From positions 1,440,001 through 1,504,000 of the forward strand of contig CAVUSO010000001.1 in NCBI GenBank assembly GCA_963744145.1: a DNA stretch of 64,000 nt, given 5' to 3'. The notes below the pieces were generated by a model that searched no databases, had not been told where the DNA came from, and saw nothing but the letters and a program-made list of their open reading frames with translations. Each line of letters opens with the position of its first letter. The first letter of the stretch is position 1. The DNA is from an uncultured cyanobacterium. Its GTDB lineage: Bacteria; Cyanobacteriota; Cyanobacteriia; Cyanobacteriales; CAWUOF01. Shown piece by piece: positions 19,556 through 28,628 of this stretch. The position numbers were made by a program, and so were the translations under genes.

Positions 19556-21103
19556 TTATTTCTTATTTACAGGAGGAGGGGGAATTGTCACATCAATTAA
19601 ATTCACATTTATCCCCTGACTCAGACTGGTAAGAGGTGGTTGAATATTCTGATTATTACCAACCACTAAGATCACAGTATTTTCTGGCTTTAGATAAGTT
19701 TTAGCCACTCTTTGCACATCCGCGATCGTCGTTGCTTCCAATTGTCGCTGATAACGGAAAATAAAATCAGCCGGATAGCCAAAATATTCATAACGCATTA
19801 AACGAGAGAGAGTTTGACTAGGACTTTGGAAATTGAAAATAAAAGAATTAAGTGCAGATTCTTTAGCATAAGCAAGTTCTTCGGTTGTAATCGGTTCATT
19901 CCGAATTCGATCGATTTCCATCTGAATCGCTTGAATAAAAGGTACGGTTGCTTCCGATCGCGTCTGTCCACCAGCAATAAAAGTGCCAGGATAATCATAT
20001 CTAGGACTCCAAGTCGCATATACTGAATAAGCTAGACCTTTACTAGCTCGTACTTGGTTAAACATCCGTCCACCAAAACCATTGAGAACTGAATTTAAAA
20101 CCATCAGCGCTGGATAATCCGGATCATTTATTTGCCCACCTAAATGACCCATCAACACCGAACTTTGAGTTAGGTGAGGTTGATTGACTACAAACACACC
20201 CTGAGAATTTGCTTGAGATACATCTGGTAACTTTGGTAATTTCCATTCTGGTGCAGGTTTCCAATCACCAAACTTTTTCTCAATCAGCGATCGCATTTTG
20301 TCTGGATCAAAATCTCCTACTATTCCTAAAATCATATTATTAGGATGGAAATTTTGATCATAAAAATCCACTACATCCTGACGATCAATATGGCTGAGAT
20401 TTACATACTCTGTAGTCCGAGCATAGGGACTCTGAGCACCATAAATTAATTTTTGGAATTCCCGACCAGCAATCCCATTCGGGTCATCATTCCGACGCGC
20501 AATCTCCCCCTTGAGTTGATTTTTAGCAAAATCTAACTGATCTTGAGCAAAAATCGGTTCACGGATCACTTCCGCAAATAACCCTAAAACCTTCTCTAAA
20601 TCCTCACTCAAAGCACTAAAACTCGCACTAGCACTAGTCCCATCTAATCCAGTTTCCACCGCAGCTGCTTCTGTTTCAAGGATTTCATTGAGTTCTGTGC
20701 CCGAATGTTTACTAGTACCACCGATCCTCATTACCGTTCCGACCAAATTCCCTAGACCAACTTTATCCTCTGGTTCAAAGCGATCGCCCGTCCGAAATAT
20801 TGCGCTCCCACTCACCAGAGGAAGTTCTCGATCTTGCATCAAATAGACTATGATCCCATTGGCCATTTGATAGCGAGTAGATTTGGGTAATTTAATTGCT
20901 GGTAACTGGGGAAAAGTTAAATCTGTATAATGTTTAGCTTCAACTGCTAATACTGGTAACAATAGCCCCAAAATTACCCAAATAAAAACTCCCACAAATA
21001 AGCCAAATTGCTGGAGTTGTTGATGAATTTTTACTGCCATTTTTGATATTTTTTTCTGAATTTTTCTGGGATGATGACGCTGATTCCAACCAAACAATTG
21101 CAT
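19556..21103 (-). CDS. M16 family peptidase, non-catalytic subunit
   Basis: M16 fold (NGIIVYL, FHPNNMILGIVGDFD, KGLAYSV) without HxxEH; true start may be downstream of the track start. Confidence 0.88.
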   Translation of the reverse strand: MQLFGWNQRHHPRKIQKKISKMAVKIHQQLQQFGLFVGVFIWVILGLLLPVLAVEAKHYTDLTFPQLPAIKLPKSTRYQMANGIIVYLMQDRELPLVSGSAIFRTGDRFEPEDKVGLGNLVGTVMRIGGTSKHSGTELNEILETEAAAVETGLDGTSASASFSALSEDLEKVLGLFAEVIREPIFAQDQLDFAKNQLKGEIARRNDDPNGIAGREFQKLIYGAQSPYARTTEYVNLSHIDRQDVVDFYDQNFHPNNMILGIVGDFDPDKMRSLIEKKFGDWKPAPEWKLPKLPDVSQANSQGVFVVNQPHLTQSSVLMGHLGGQINDPDYPALMVLNSVLNGFGGRMFNQVRASKGLAYSVYATWSPRYDYPGTFIAGGQTRSEATVPFIQAIQMEIDRIRNEPITTEELAYAKESALNSFIFNFQSPSQTLSRLMRYEYFGYPADFIFRYQRQLEATTIADVQRVAKTYLKPENTVILVVGNNQNIQPPLTSLSQGINVNLIDVTIPPPPVNKK

Positions 21104-21122
21104 GAAAATAGCTCCTGCTTTT

Positions 21123-22757
21123 TTACTGACTTAAAATCCGCCCAATCGTTCGATTTGCTGGCGTAAAAGTAATTTGAGCTACCCTTTGAATATCAGCAGG
21201 TGTAACTCGCTCAATTGCTTCTAATTCTTTAAATAGATTCAGCCAAGTCCCAGTTTTAATTTCGTATTCTAATAACAAACTAGCCATCCCATTGTTAGAA
21301 TCTAGCGATCGCAACAACCCAGCACGGGCTTGATTTTTTACTCGGACTAATTCCAATTCGGAAACCGGTTCAGTTTTCAACCGTTCTATTTCTGTTCTTA
21401 ATGCTGTTTCCACTTCATCTACAGTATGATCTTTCGCTGTCAAAGCATAAAACAACATGACATTAGCATACTTATTTCCGGGAAATCCGCTAAAACCCTG
21501 AGCAACTAGCGCAATTTGCTGTTTTTCCACCAAAGATTTATACAAACGCGAAGTTCTACCATTACTAAGAATACTACCGATCAGGTCATAAACTACATGA
21601 TCCGGATGTTTCATTGCTGGACGATGATATCCTTCTAAATACCAAGGTTGAGAAGCAAGTTTCAGATTTACTTCTCTCGGTTCTGTTTGGGGTGGTTCTA
21701 CCAGTTCAAGTTCTTTTGGTTTTGGTTGAGCTGGATAACGACCAAAATAAATCTGAGCTAATTGTTTGACTTGCAGAGGAGAAACATCCCCCACGATCGC
21801 GATGGTTAAATTACTCGGAACATAGTGAGTTTTGAAAAACTCTTGCACATCAAGTCTAGTCAGATTACGAATATCTTGATTGTAACCAATGACCGGACGC
21901 TTATAGGGGTGTACTTGATAAGCTTTATCCAGAAATGCTTCGAGCATCTGACCGATCGGTGAATTATCAGTCCGTAAACGTCTTTCTTCCAAAATTACCA
22001 GTTTTTCTTTATAAAATTCTCGAAATACAGGATCAAGAAACCGTTCCGACTCTAACGACATCCACAATTCTAATTTATTGGCTGGAAAACTGTAGAAATA
22101 ACGAGTAGCATCAGTGGAAGTATTAGCATTTAGTCCAACTCCACCTTCTCTTTCCACGATCTTTCCTAGTTCATTTTGCTTCACATATTTAGCTGCTTGG
22201 GCTTCTACTTGGTCAAATTCGGCTTTCAGTTTGGTTACATCTGCATCTTGACCAGCTTTTTTGCTAATTTGGATTTGGTCAAATAATTGATCTAATTGGT
22301 CTAATAAGGGTTTTTCCTGGTTATAGTCTCGCGTTCCGATCTTGGTTGTACCTTTAAACGCTAAATGTTCCAAAAAATGCGCTACACCCGTTTTTCCATC
22401 AGGTTCATTTGCCCCACCCACATCTGCGTATGTAAGAAAGGAAACTATGGGTGCTTTATGTCTTTCTAAGACAATAAATTTGAGCCCATTGTCTAAACGA
22501 AACTCGGTTACTTGTTTAATTACCCGATCTAAATAGGGCTGAATTAAACTAGTTGCTACCTGGTTGAGTGGTTCAGATTGAGCAAAAGCCATTTTTATGG
22601 GTATTCCTGACCACAGCAGCACCAAGCTCAGAATTAGTGTGAGCAATTTTTGCCAGTAATGGTACATCTTTTGAATTTTTCGGCTTGGCTTTTTAATTGA
22701 GATTAAATAGCTTAAACTTAATCTAGTTGAGAAATTTGACATAAGCAGTTGGTCCAT
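21123..22757 (-). CDS. M16 family zinc peptidase, catalytic subunit
   Basis: GVAHFLEHLAFKGT (HxxEH), NANTS, EERR; start uncertain. Confidence 0.92.
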   Translation of the reverse strand: MDQLLMSNFSTRLSLSYLISIKKPSRKIQKMYHYWQKLLTLILSLVLLWSGIPIKMAFAQSEPLNQVATSLIQPYLDRVIKQVTEFRLDNGLKFIVLERHKAPIVSFLTYADVGGANEPDGKTGVAHFLEHLAFKGTTKIGTRDYNQEKPLLDQLDQLFDQIQISKKAGQDADVTKLKAEFDQVEAQAAKYVKQNELGKIVEREGGVGLNANTSTDATRYFYSFPANKLELWMSLESERFLDPVFREFYKEKLVILEERRLRTDNSPIGQMLEAFLDKAYQVHPYKRPVIGYNQDIRNLTRLDVQEFFKTHYVPSNLTIAIVGDVSPLQVKQLAQIYFGRYPAQPKPKELELVEPPQTEPREVNLKLASQPWYLEGYHRPAMKHPDHVVYDLIGSILSNGRTSRLYKSLVEKQQIALVAQGFSGFPGNKYANVMLFYALTAKDHTVDEVETALRTEIERLKTEPVSELELVRVKNQARAGLLRSLDSNNGMASLLLEYEIKTGTWLNLFKELEAIERVTPADIQRVAQITFTPANRTIGRILSQ

Positions 22758-22941
22758 ATCCTTGGCAAGTATAACGCAAAATTCCCTAACCCGGTTTCCT
22801 TGGTTCCAAATTGATTTTAAAGGTTTCTGATGGAAGTCAATCAGGAAACTTTAATGCTATGTGAAGTTTTTGTACTTTCCTCGATTCCATGTTGGACAAT
22901 ATAATTACAGTTTTCTGAATGTAGTTCTTTTTCTAATCACT

Positions 22942-23562
22942 ATGAGAATTTTTACTCAATCACCTCCTCCTGAAGCCGAAACTCGCACGCGCATTCTCAA
23001 AGCAGCGCAGAAATTATTTGCACACCAAGGTTATGATGGGACTACTACTCGTGATTTAGCTGCATCAGCAGGAGTAGCTGAAGGCACCCTATTTCGACAT
23101 TTTGCCAATAAAAAGGCAATTTTAATTGAATTGGCTACTCAAGGATGGGTAGAAATTCTCACCGATCTGCTGACGGAATTGAGCGAAATGGGTAGCTATA
23201 AAGCGATCGCGCAAGTGATGCGTCATCGGATGCTTAATTTCCATCAAAATGCAGATCTGCTCCGAGTTTGTTTTATGGAAGCTCAGTTTCACCCAGAATT
23301 ACGCGATCGCATTCAAGCAGAAGTAATCGGTAAAATGACTGATGTCACGGAAGCTTTTTTCCAAACTGCGATGGACAGAGGTACTTATCGCCAAATGAAC
23401 CCCAAAATAGTTGCCCATGTATTTCTGGGAATGTTTGCTGTTTCTGGGTTTAGCTACACTACTATGGCTGAACCTAGTGCATCTCCTCAACAAATGCAAG
23501 AAATGGCTGAAGGAATTGCTGATATTTTTCTCAATGGTGTTTTAGTCAAAGAAGAATCTTAG
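22942..23562 (+). CDS. TetR/AcrR family transcriptional regulator
   Basis: TRILKAAQKLFAHQGYDGTTTRDLAASAGVAEGTLFRHF; ATG 22942 preferred over the track GTG 22861. Confidence 0.92.
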   Translation: MRIFTQSPPPEAETRTRILKAAQKLFAHQGYDGTTTRDLAASAGVAEGTLFRHFANKKAILIELATQGWVEILTDLLTELSEMGSYKAIAQVMRHRMLNFHQNADLLRVCFMEAQFHPELRDRIQAEVIGKMTDVTEAFFQTAMDRGTYRQMNPKIVAHVFLGMFAVSGFSYTTMAEPSASPQQMQEMAEGIADIFLNGVLVKEES

Positions 23563-23647
23563 TTACACGGGGGAATACGTTTTCTTCATCCTACTGAGTG
23601 ATCGGCATTCTCCTGTCTTCTATTTATTTTCAACTTACCAATCTATT

Positions 23648-25024
23648 ATGTATATTCCTACCCAGTACGATTTAATCACAACTACTCTAGGACAACGTCG
23701 GCAGAAATTAGCCAATTTAATTAATTTCCCTGTCATTCTTTGGTCGGGAGATAGTTGTGCTCGTAATTATCCTGCTAATACTTTTCCGTTTCGTGCTAGT
23801 AGTCATTTTCTCTATTTTGCTGGTTTACCACTGCTCAATGCAGCGATTCGTCTAGACTCTGGTAAGTTAGAACTATTTATGGATGATTTACCTGCTAGTC
23901 ATACTCTTTGGTCTGGAGAAATTCCTGAACGGGAGAAAATTGCCAATATTATTGGTGCTGATGCTCATTTTCCTCTTTTAGAGTTATCTAATCACGCTCT
24001 TGGTGCTGCAACTATTGCGGTCCAGCATTATCCCACTCAGTTACAACAATCCCAGGTACTCAACCGATCGCTCGTTCCTCCCCAAGAAATCGATCGAGAA
24101 CTAACTAAGGCAATTATCTCTTTACGATTGACCCATGATGAATTAGCTTTAACCGAATTACGACAAGCCGCAGCTTGTACTATTCTAGCTCACCAAACAG
24201 GAATATTAGCAACTAAAAATGCCCAAAGTGAAGCCCAAATTCGAGCCGCAATGGAAGGTGTGATCATTGCTCACAATATGACTTTAGCTTATCCGAGTAT
24301 TGTGACTGTTTATGGTGAAGTTCTTCATAATAATATGTATCATCACCCGCTCCAATCAGGAGATTTATTATTAGCTGATGTGGGTGCAGAAACTTCCCTG
24401 GGTTGGGCAAGTGATGTGACGCGAACATGGCCTGTTTCTGGGAAATTTTCCCCTACACAACGAGATATTTATAATCTAGTTCTGACAGCTCACGATGTTT
24501 GTATTGATCACATTTGTGCTGGAGTCGAATATCAAGATATTCATTGGTTAGCTAGTAGAATCATTGCTCAAGGTTTGGTAGATTTAGGGATTTTACGTGG
24601 TCATCCTGAAGATTTAGTTAATCATGATGCCCATGCTTTATTTTTTGTGCATGGAATCGGACATTTATTAGGTTTAGATGTTCATGATATGGAAGATTTT
24701 GGAGATTTAGCGGGTTATGAAGAAGGTCGAACTAGAAGCGATCGCTTTGGGCATAAATTTTTACGCTTAAATCGTCAATTACAACCGGGAATGTTAGTGA
24801 CAATTGAGCCTGGATTTTATCAAGTTCCCGCAATTTTAAATCATCCCGATACTCGTGCCAAATATCGGGAAATGGTAAATTGGGATCAACTAGAACAGTT
24901 TGCTGATGTGCGTGGGATTCGGATTGAAGATGATGTTTTAGTTACGGAAACTGGTCGAGAGGTTTTAACTAAAGGATTACCAAATCAAGCGGATGAAATT
25001 GAGAATTTGCTTAATGATTACTGA
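23648..25024 (+). CDS. pepP: Xaa-Pro aminopeptidase (M24B)
   Basis: DVGAE, SDVTRTWP, HGIGHLLGLDVHD, TIEPGFY, GIRIEDD. Confidence 0.9.
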   Translation: MYIPTQYDLITTTLGQRRQKLANLINFPVILWSGDSCARNYPANTFPFRASSHFLYFAGLPLLNAAIRLDSGKLELFMDDLPASHTLWSGEIPEREKIANIIGADAHFPLLELSNHALGAATIAVQHYPTQLQQSQVLNRSLVPPQEIDRELTKAIISLRLTHDELALTELRQAAACTILAHQTGILATKNAQSEAQIRAAMEGVIIAHNMTLAYPSIVTVYGEVLHNNMYHHPLQSGDLLLADVGAETSLGWASDVTRTWPVSGKFSPTQRDIYNLVLTAHDVCIDHICAGVEYQDIHWLASRIIAQGLVDLGILRGHPEDLVNHDAHALFFVHGIGHLLGLDVHDMEDFGDLAGYEEGRTRSDRFGHKFLRLNRQLQPGMLVTIEPGFYQVPAILNHPDTRAKYREMVNWDQLEQFADVRGIRIEDDVLVTETGREVLTKGLPNQADEIENLLNDY

Positions 25025-25029
25025 GTCAG

Positions 25030-26103
25030 TTAAACTACCACAGCACCCCGATCGCTCAAATCATATTTCATCGCTTGAGATAGACCAATATTATTCATAA
25101 ACCTAGCATTTTCTAACCTAGCACCTGTTAAATCAGCCCGAGTTAAATTAGTCCCAATTAACTCTGCTTCTTTCAGATTCACACTGGTCAGATCAGCATT
25201 ACTTAAGTCCGCATCAATCAGATTAGCACCATTGAGATTAGCTAAACATAGATAAGCACTACTTAAATTCGCACCCTTTAATAAAGCATTTTTGAGATTA
25301 GCGCGACTTAAATTAGTCCGTAGATCCGCACCAGTGAGATTAGCAGCTTGCAGGTTAGCGCGACTCAGATTAGCATTGACTAAATAACTATGACTCAAAT
25401 TAGCACCAATCAGATTAGCACCACTCAAATCGGCTAAAGTTAAATTAGTATTACTTAAATTTGCCTGTTGTAAATCGGCATTATGAAAATTAACATAGTG
25501 CAAATCTAAACCGCTTAAGTCAGCTTCAGTTAAATCTTCAATCGGATTTATACCCATCCTTTGGGCGATCGCGATAAAATCAGTTTTTTCTTGTAAAAAC
25601 AATTCCTTGGCGCTGACTATTTGCTGTTGATTACAAGTAAGTGCTTCCGCTTCATTTCCAGCTACAGCATGAACAGTTCTTAATTTTCCTAAAGTTTGTC
25701 CGATCCCAAGATAATCTTGATTTGACCGAGCAAACACTAATACTTGCTGATAATAGGCGATCGCTTGTGCATATTCACCCAAAGTATAGTAAATATTACC
25801 GAGATTAGTGAGCGCATTAGTTTTACCCCGATGATCAGCAATTTCAGTAGCGATCGCTAAATGTTGTTCATAACAAGCGATCGCATTTGGCAAATCACCC
25901 AAAGTCTGGTAAGCGACGCCCAAATTTCCTAATGCTGCTCCTTCTTTTCGTCGTTGATGGATTTGTTGATAGATTAATAGTGCTTGTTGCCAAGACTCTA
26001 AAGCAGCCTTAACCTCACCATTTTGATATTGCTCGATTCCTTGTTTGAGCAGAACGTCAGCTTCAGGCGTCATATAACTTATGGAATGGAAAACCTTTTC
26101 CAT
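25030..26103 (-). CDS. TPR + pentapeptide repeat protein
   Basis: N-terminal TPRs (ALGNLGVAY, ALTNLGNIY), C-terminal A(D/N)Lxx repeats. Confidence 0.9.
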   Translation of the reverse strand: MEKVFHSISYMTPEADVLLKQGIEQYQNGEVKAALESWQQALLIYQQIHQRRKEGAALGNLGVAYQTLGDLPNAIACYEQHLAIATEIADHRGKTNALTNLGNIYYTLGEYAQAIAYYQQVLVFARSNQDYLGIGQTLGKLRTVHAVAGNEAEALTCNQQQIVSAKELFLQEKTDFIAIAQRMGINPIEDLTEADLSGLDLHYVNFHNADLQQANLSNTNLTLADLSGANLIGANLSHSYLVNANLSRANLQAANLTGADLRTNLSRANLKNALLKGANLSSAYLCLANLNGANLIDADLSNADLTSVNLKEAELIGTNLTRADLTGARLENARFMNNIGLSQAMKYDLSDRGAVVV

Positions 26104-26129
26104 TATATAAATAAAACATTAATCTGGTT

Positions 26130-27365
26130 TTAACCATCTATAAAAATTGCCCCACGTTGTTTTAAGTCTTGGATGATTGCCACAGATAATCCTGAATCGT
26201 GACGAAATCTTGCCTGATTTACCTTAGCACCATGGAGATTAGTCCCGGTTAAATTAGTTAATCCTAGCCCAGCTTGATGCAGATCAGCATTACTGAGGTT
26301 AGCACCACTCAAATCAGCATCACTAAGATTAGCATTACTTAAATTTGTTTCGCGCAGATTAGCATTCCGCAGATTGGCACCACTCAAGTTAGCCAAAGCT
26401 AAACTACATCGATGTAAATCAGCACCGCTAAGATTAGCATCACTTAAAAGCGCACCACTAGCATCAGCACCACCTAAATAAGCACCTTGCAAATTGACAT
26501 CACTTAAATCAGCATCACTTAAGTCTGCACCACGCAAAATTGCTTGCTCAAAATTAAACCCACCCAGATCAGCCCCAATTAAATTAACTCCCAGCAGATT
26601 AGCACCAACAAAGTCTGATTGGGGATCAAGCTGGGCAATTTTTGCTAATTCCACAAATTTATCTGTGTTTGCGTCTAAAACCTGATGAATCAAATTTTCC
26701 AGTTCAGCCGGAATTGTAGCAGACATTTGGGATTGATCAGTCTTTACTGCTGGGGATTCGAGGAGAGAGTTGTATTGTAAGACAACTGAACTAGTTAGAT
26801 GAGTTTTAAGTTGTAATTTTTTTAGGGAAATATCTAATTTCGTTGCTAAGATCGCGTGTTTATTGGGACTGATGTCGTGTCTCCATACTCCTTCTACTTC
26901 CGTTAGCTGTATATCTGCTGGTAGGATTTCTAATCTTGCTATCACCTGACAGGGAATATTGGTGACATGGATCTTTCCGAGGGGGAAATTAGGAATCAGA
27001 CCACTCACTACTGGTTGAGGGAAACTAAGCAACCAATAGGGTTCGGTTTGGGTCCCACCTAAAGTCCCATGACAAGCGATCGCTGATTTTGATTCGCTAT
27101 AGTGCTCAATCAGATTAGCTTGAGTCGGGTCTGTACAAATCATACAGTTTTCTAGCTTCAGCTTAAACAGACCACTTTTTACACCAAATCTAAATCTACC
27201 CCCTAAGAGTGGTTCCCAAGCTTCCTTAAATCTGAGGGTTAAATATAGATCTATTTCCTTGGGATCGGCTAAATCGGTCTGAGATAAGATGCTGGTCAAT
27301 TCCATTAACAGACAATCTGATTGATCTAACTGAAGCATAGGGGAAGAAGATTCTTGCATGGCCAA
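26130..27365 (-). CDS. Pentapeptide repeat protein with unknown N-terminal domain
   Basis: C-terminal ADLS/ANLS repeats. Confidence 0.9.
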   Translation of the reverse strand: MAMQESSSPMLQLDQSDCLLMELTSILSQTDLADPKEIDLYLTLRFKEAWEPLLGGRFRFGVKSGLFKLKLENCMICTDPTQANLIEHYSESKSAIACHGTLGGTQTEPYWLLSFPQPVVSGLIPNFPLGKIHVTNIPCQVIARLEILPADIQLTEVEGVWRHDISPNKHAILATKLDISLKKLQLKTHLTSSVVLQYNSLLESPAVKTDQSQMSATIPAELENLIHQVLDANTDKFVELAKIAQLDPQSDFVGANLLGVNLIGADLGGFNFEQAILRGADLSDADLSDVNLQGAYLGGADASGALLSDANLSGADLHRCSLALANLSGANLRNANLRETNLSNANLSDADLSGANLSNADLHQAGLGLTNLTGTNLHGAKVNQARFRHDSGLSVAIIQDLKQRGAIFIDG

Positions 27366-27405
27366 TACTGGAGTAAGGATTCAGAAATTCTCACTAAATA
27401 TAAAG

Positions 27406-27806
27406 CAATACGGTTCAGTTAACTGTAGGGGCGAAGCATTCGGGCGATCATTTATTGCCCAAGTTTTACCCTGAGCGTAGTCGAAGGGCCGTTAATATTA
27501 GATCCGAATGCTTCGCCCAGTTCTGTGCCGATATCTCCCAAAATATTCTTAACTGAATTAATTTTAATATATAGTTGATCTGTTGGCTGCATAGATGGTA
27601 AGGGCAAAGCATTTCGGTAATATTATACTTCCCTTCGACTACGCCCCCTTCGGCTACGCTCAGGGCAAGCTTCGACTCCGCTCAGGGCAAGCTTCGGCTA
27701 CGCTCAGGGCAAGCTTCGACTCCGCTCAGGGAACACTCAGGGTAAACGTTTAGCCATCATTTATGTGCCGAAATGCTTTGCCCCTACGGTTAACTGAACT
27801 GTATTG
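27406..27806. mobile_element. 401-bp MITE with 18-bp TIRs and 10-bp target-site duplication
   Basis: CAATACGGTTCAGTTAAC / GTTAACTGAACTGTATTG (1 mismatch); AAATATAAAG on both flanks (27396-27405, 27807-27816). Confidence 0.88.
27648..27731 (+). repeat. Tandem 22-bp repeats CTTCG(G/A)CT(A/C)CGCTCAGGGCAAG inside the MITE
   Basis: Three full units and one partial, alternating A/B variants; inverted copy near 27468-27488. Confidence 0.85.
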
Positions 27807-27972
27807 AAATATAAAGTTAGTAATAAGAACCAATTGGCAAAAGCAAAAAAAATTAGGGCGTTGTTTTAGTAAACGCCCAATTTGTTCTTGATCATGCAAT
27901 TAAAACTATTTCACTGATGGAATAACTGGTTGACTTGCTACCAGTAGGCTCAATACCATCCAACTTGTCCAT

Positions 27973-28122
27973 CTAGCTCATGCTAGAATGGTTACCATCA
28001 TTCAATTTAGCACCATCAAGACCAATTTCGCTCGCGACACGACTGAGCATTGATTGTTGACGGTTTTTCACGATTTGTTGATGACGCACCATCAGACTAC
28101 GAGCTTGTTCTTGGGTAGACAT
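27973..28122 (-). CDS. Short GifA/IF7-like paralog (49 aa)
   Basis: Manual translation MSTQEQARSLMVRHQQIVKNRQQSMLSRVASEIGLDGAKLNDGNHSSMS*; GGAG upstream; below the ORF-track cutoff. Confidence 0.82.
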   Translation of the reverse strand: MSTQEQARSLMVRHQQIVKNRQQSMLSRVASEIGLDGAKLNDGNHSSMS

Positions 28123-28202
28123 AATAGTTCTCCAGCAAAATATTTTCGGTTTGTTCAGAATCAGATCGGATTTTTGGTCTAGTGCTAAATTGCACTGATT
28201 GA

Positions 28203-28397
28203 TCAGCTCATCGTTGCATTACTACGGTCATAGCTGACCCGGAAGGATGAATGGGTCTTTCCTTGAATGTTGCTCCAGTATTCTCCAGCATCAATACCTA
28301 CTTCGTCAGCAACGCGACTGAGCATGGATTGCTGTCGATTTTTGATCAGGTGATGATGACGCATCATTAGTGCCCGTGCTTGTTCTTGTGCAGACAT
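28203..28397 (-). CDS. gifA: Glutamine synthetase inactivating factor IF7 (64 aa)
   Basis: MSAQEQARALMMRHHHLIKNRQQSMLSR...QGK..SSFRVSYDRSNATMS matches IF7; AAGGAG RBS before ATG 28397. Confidence 0.9.
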   Translation of the reverse strand: MSAQEQARALMMRHHHLIKNRQQSMLSRVADEVGIDAGEYWSNIQGKTHSSFRVSYDRSNATMS

Positions 28398-28466
28398 AAT
28401 TATGTTCTCCTTGTGATGTTTAACTGGTTGTTTTTTGTCTATGAAATTAATGTAGCAGATAATTCT

Positions 28467-28508
28467 GTATCTAAATTGACAAAATCCGGTTTTATTACAA
28501 AACGTTAC
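28467..28508 (-). promoter_or_regulatory. Two imperfect NtcA-like boxes upstream of gifA
   Basis: GTA-N8-GAC (28467-28480) and TTA-N8-TAC (28495-28508), each one mismatch from GTA-N8-TAC; gif genes are known NtcA-repressed targets. Confidence 0.5.
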
Positions 28509-28628
28509 ATTAATTTTAGAAATAGGTAACCAAGTGATGATTTTTCCGCTCAATCCGGTTTCTTGGGAAAAAAAAACCTCTCACAAATCGGGAGAGGGTG
28601 ATCAGAAATCTGGTGAAAATGGGTCGAT

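Noticed and set aside
27631..27731. Possible mini-CRISPR
   Set aside because: 22-bp head-to-tail repeats without spacers, inside a MITE.
28398..28553. N-terminal extension of gifA in the ORF track (IF17-like?)
   Set aside because: TTG start, runs through the promoter region, and a clear RBS precedes ATG 28397.
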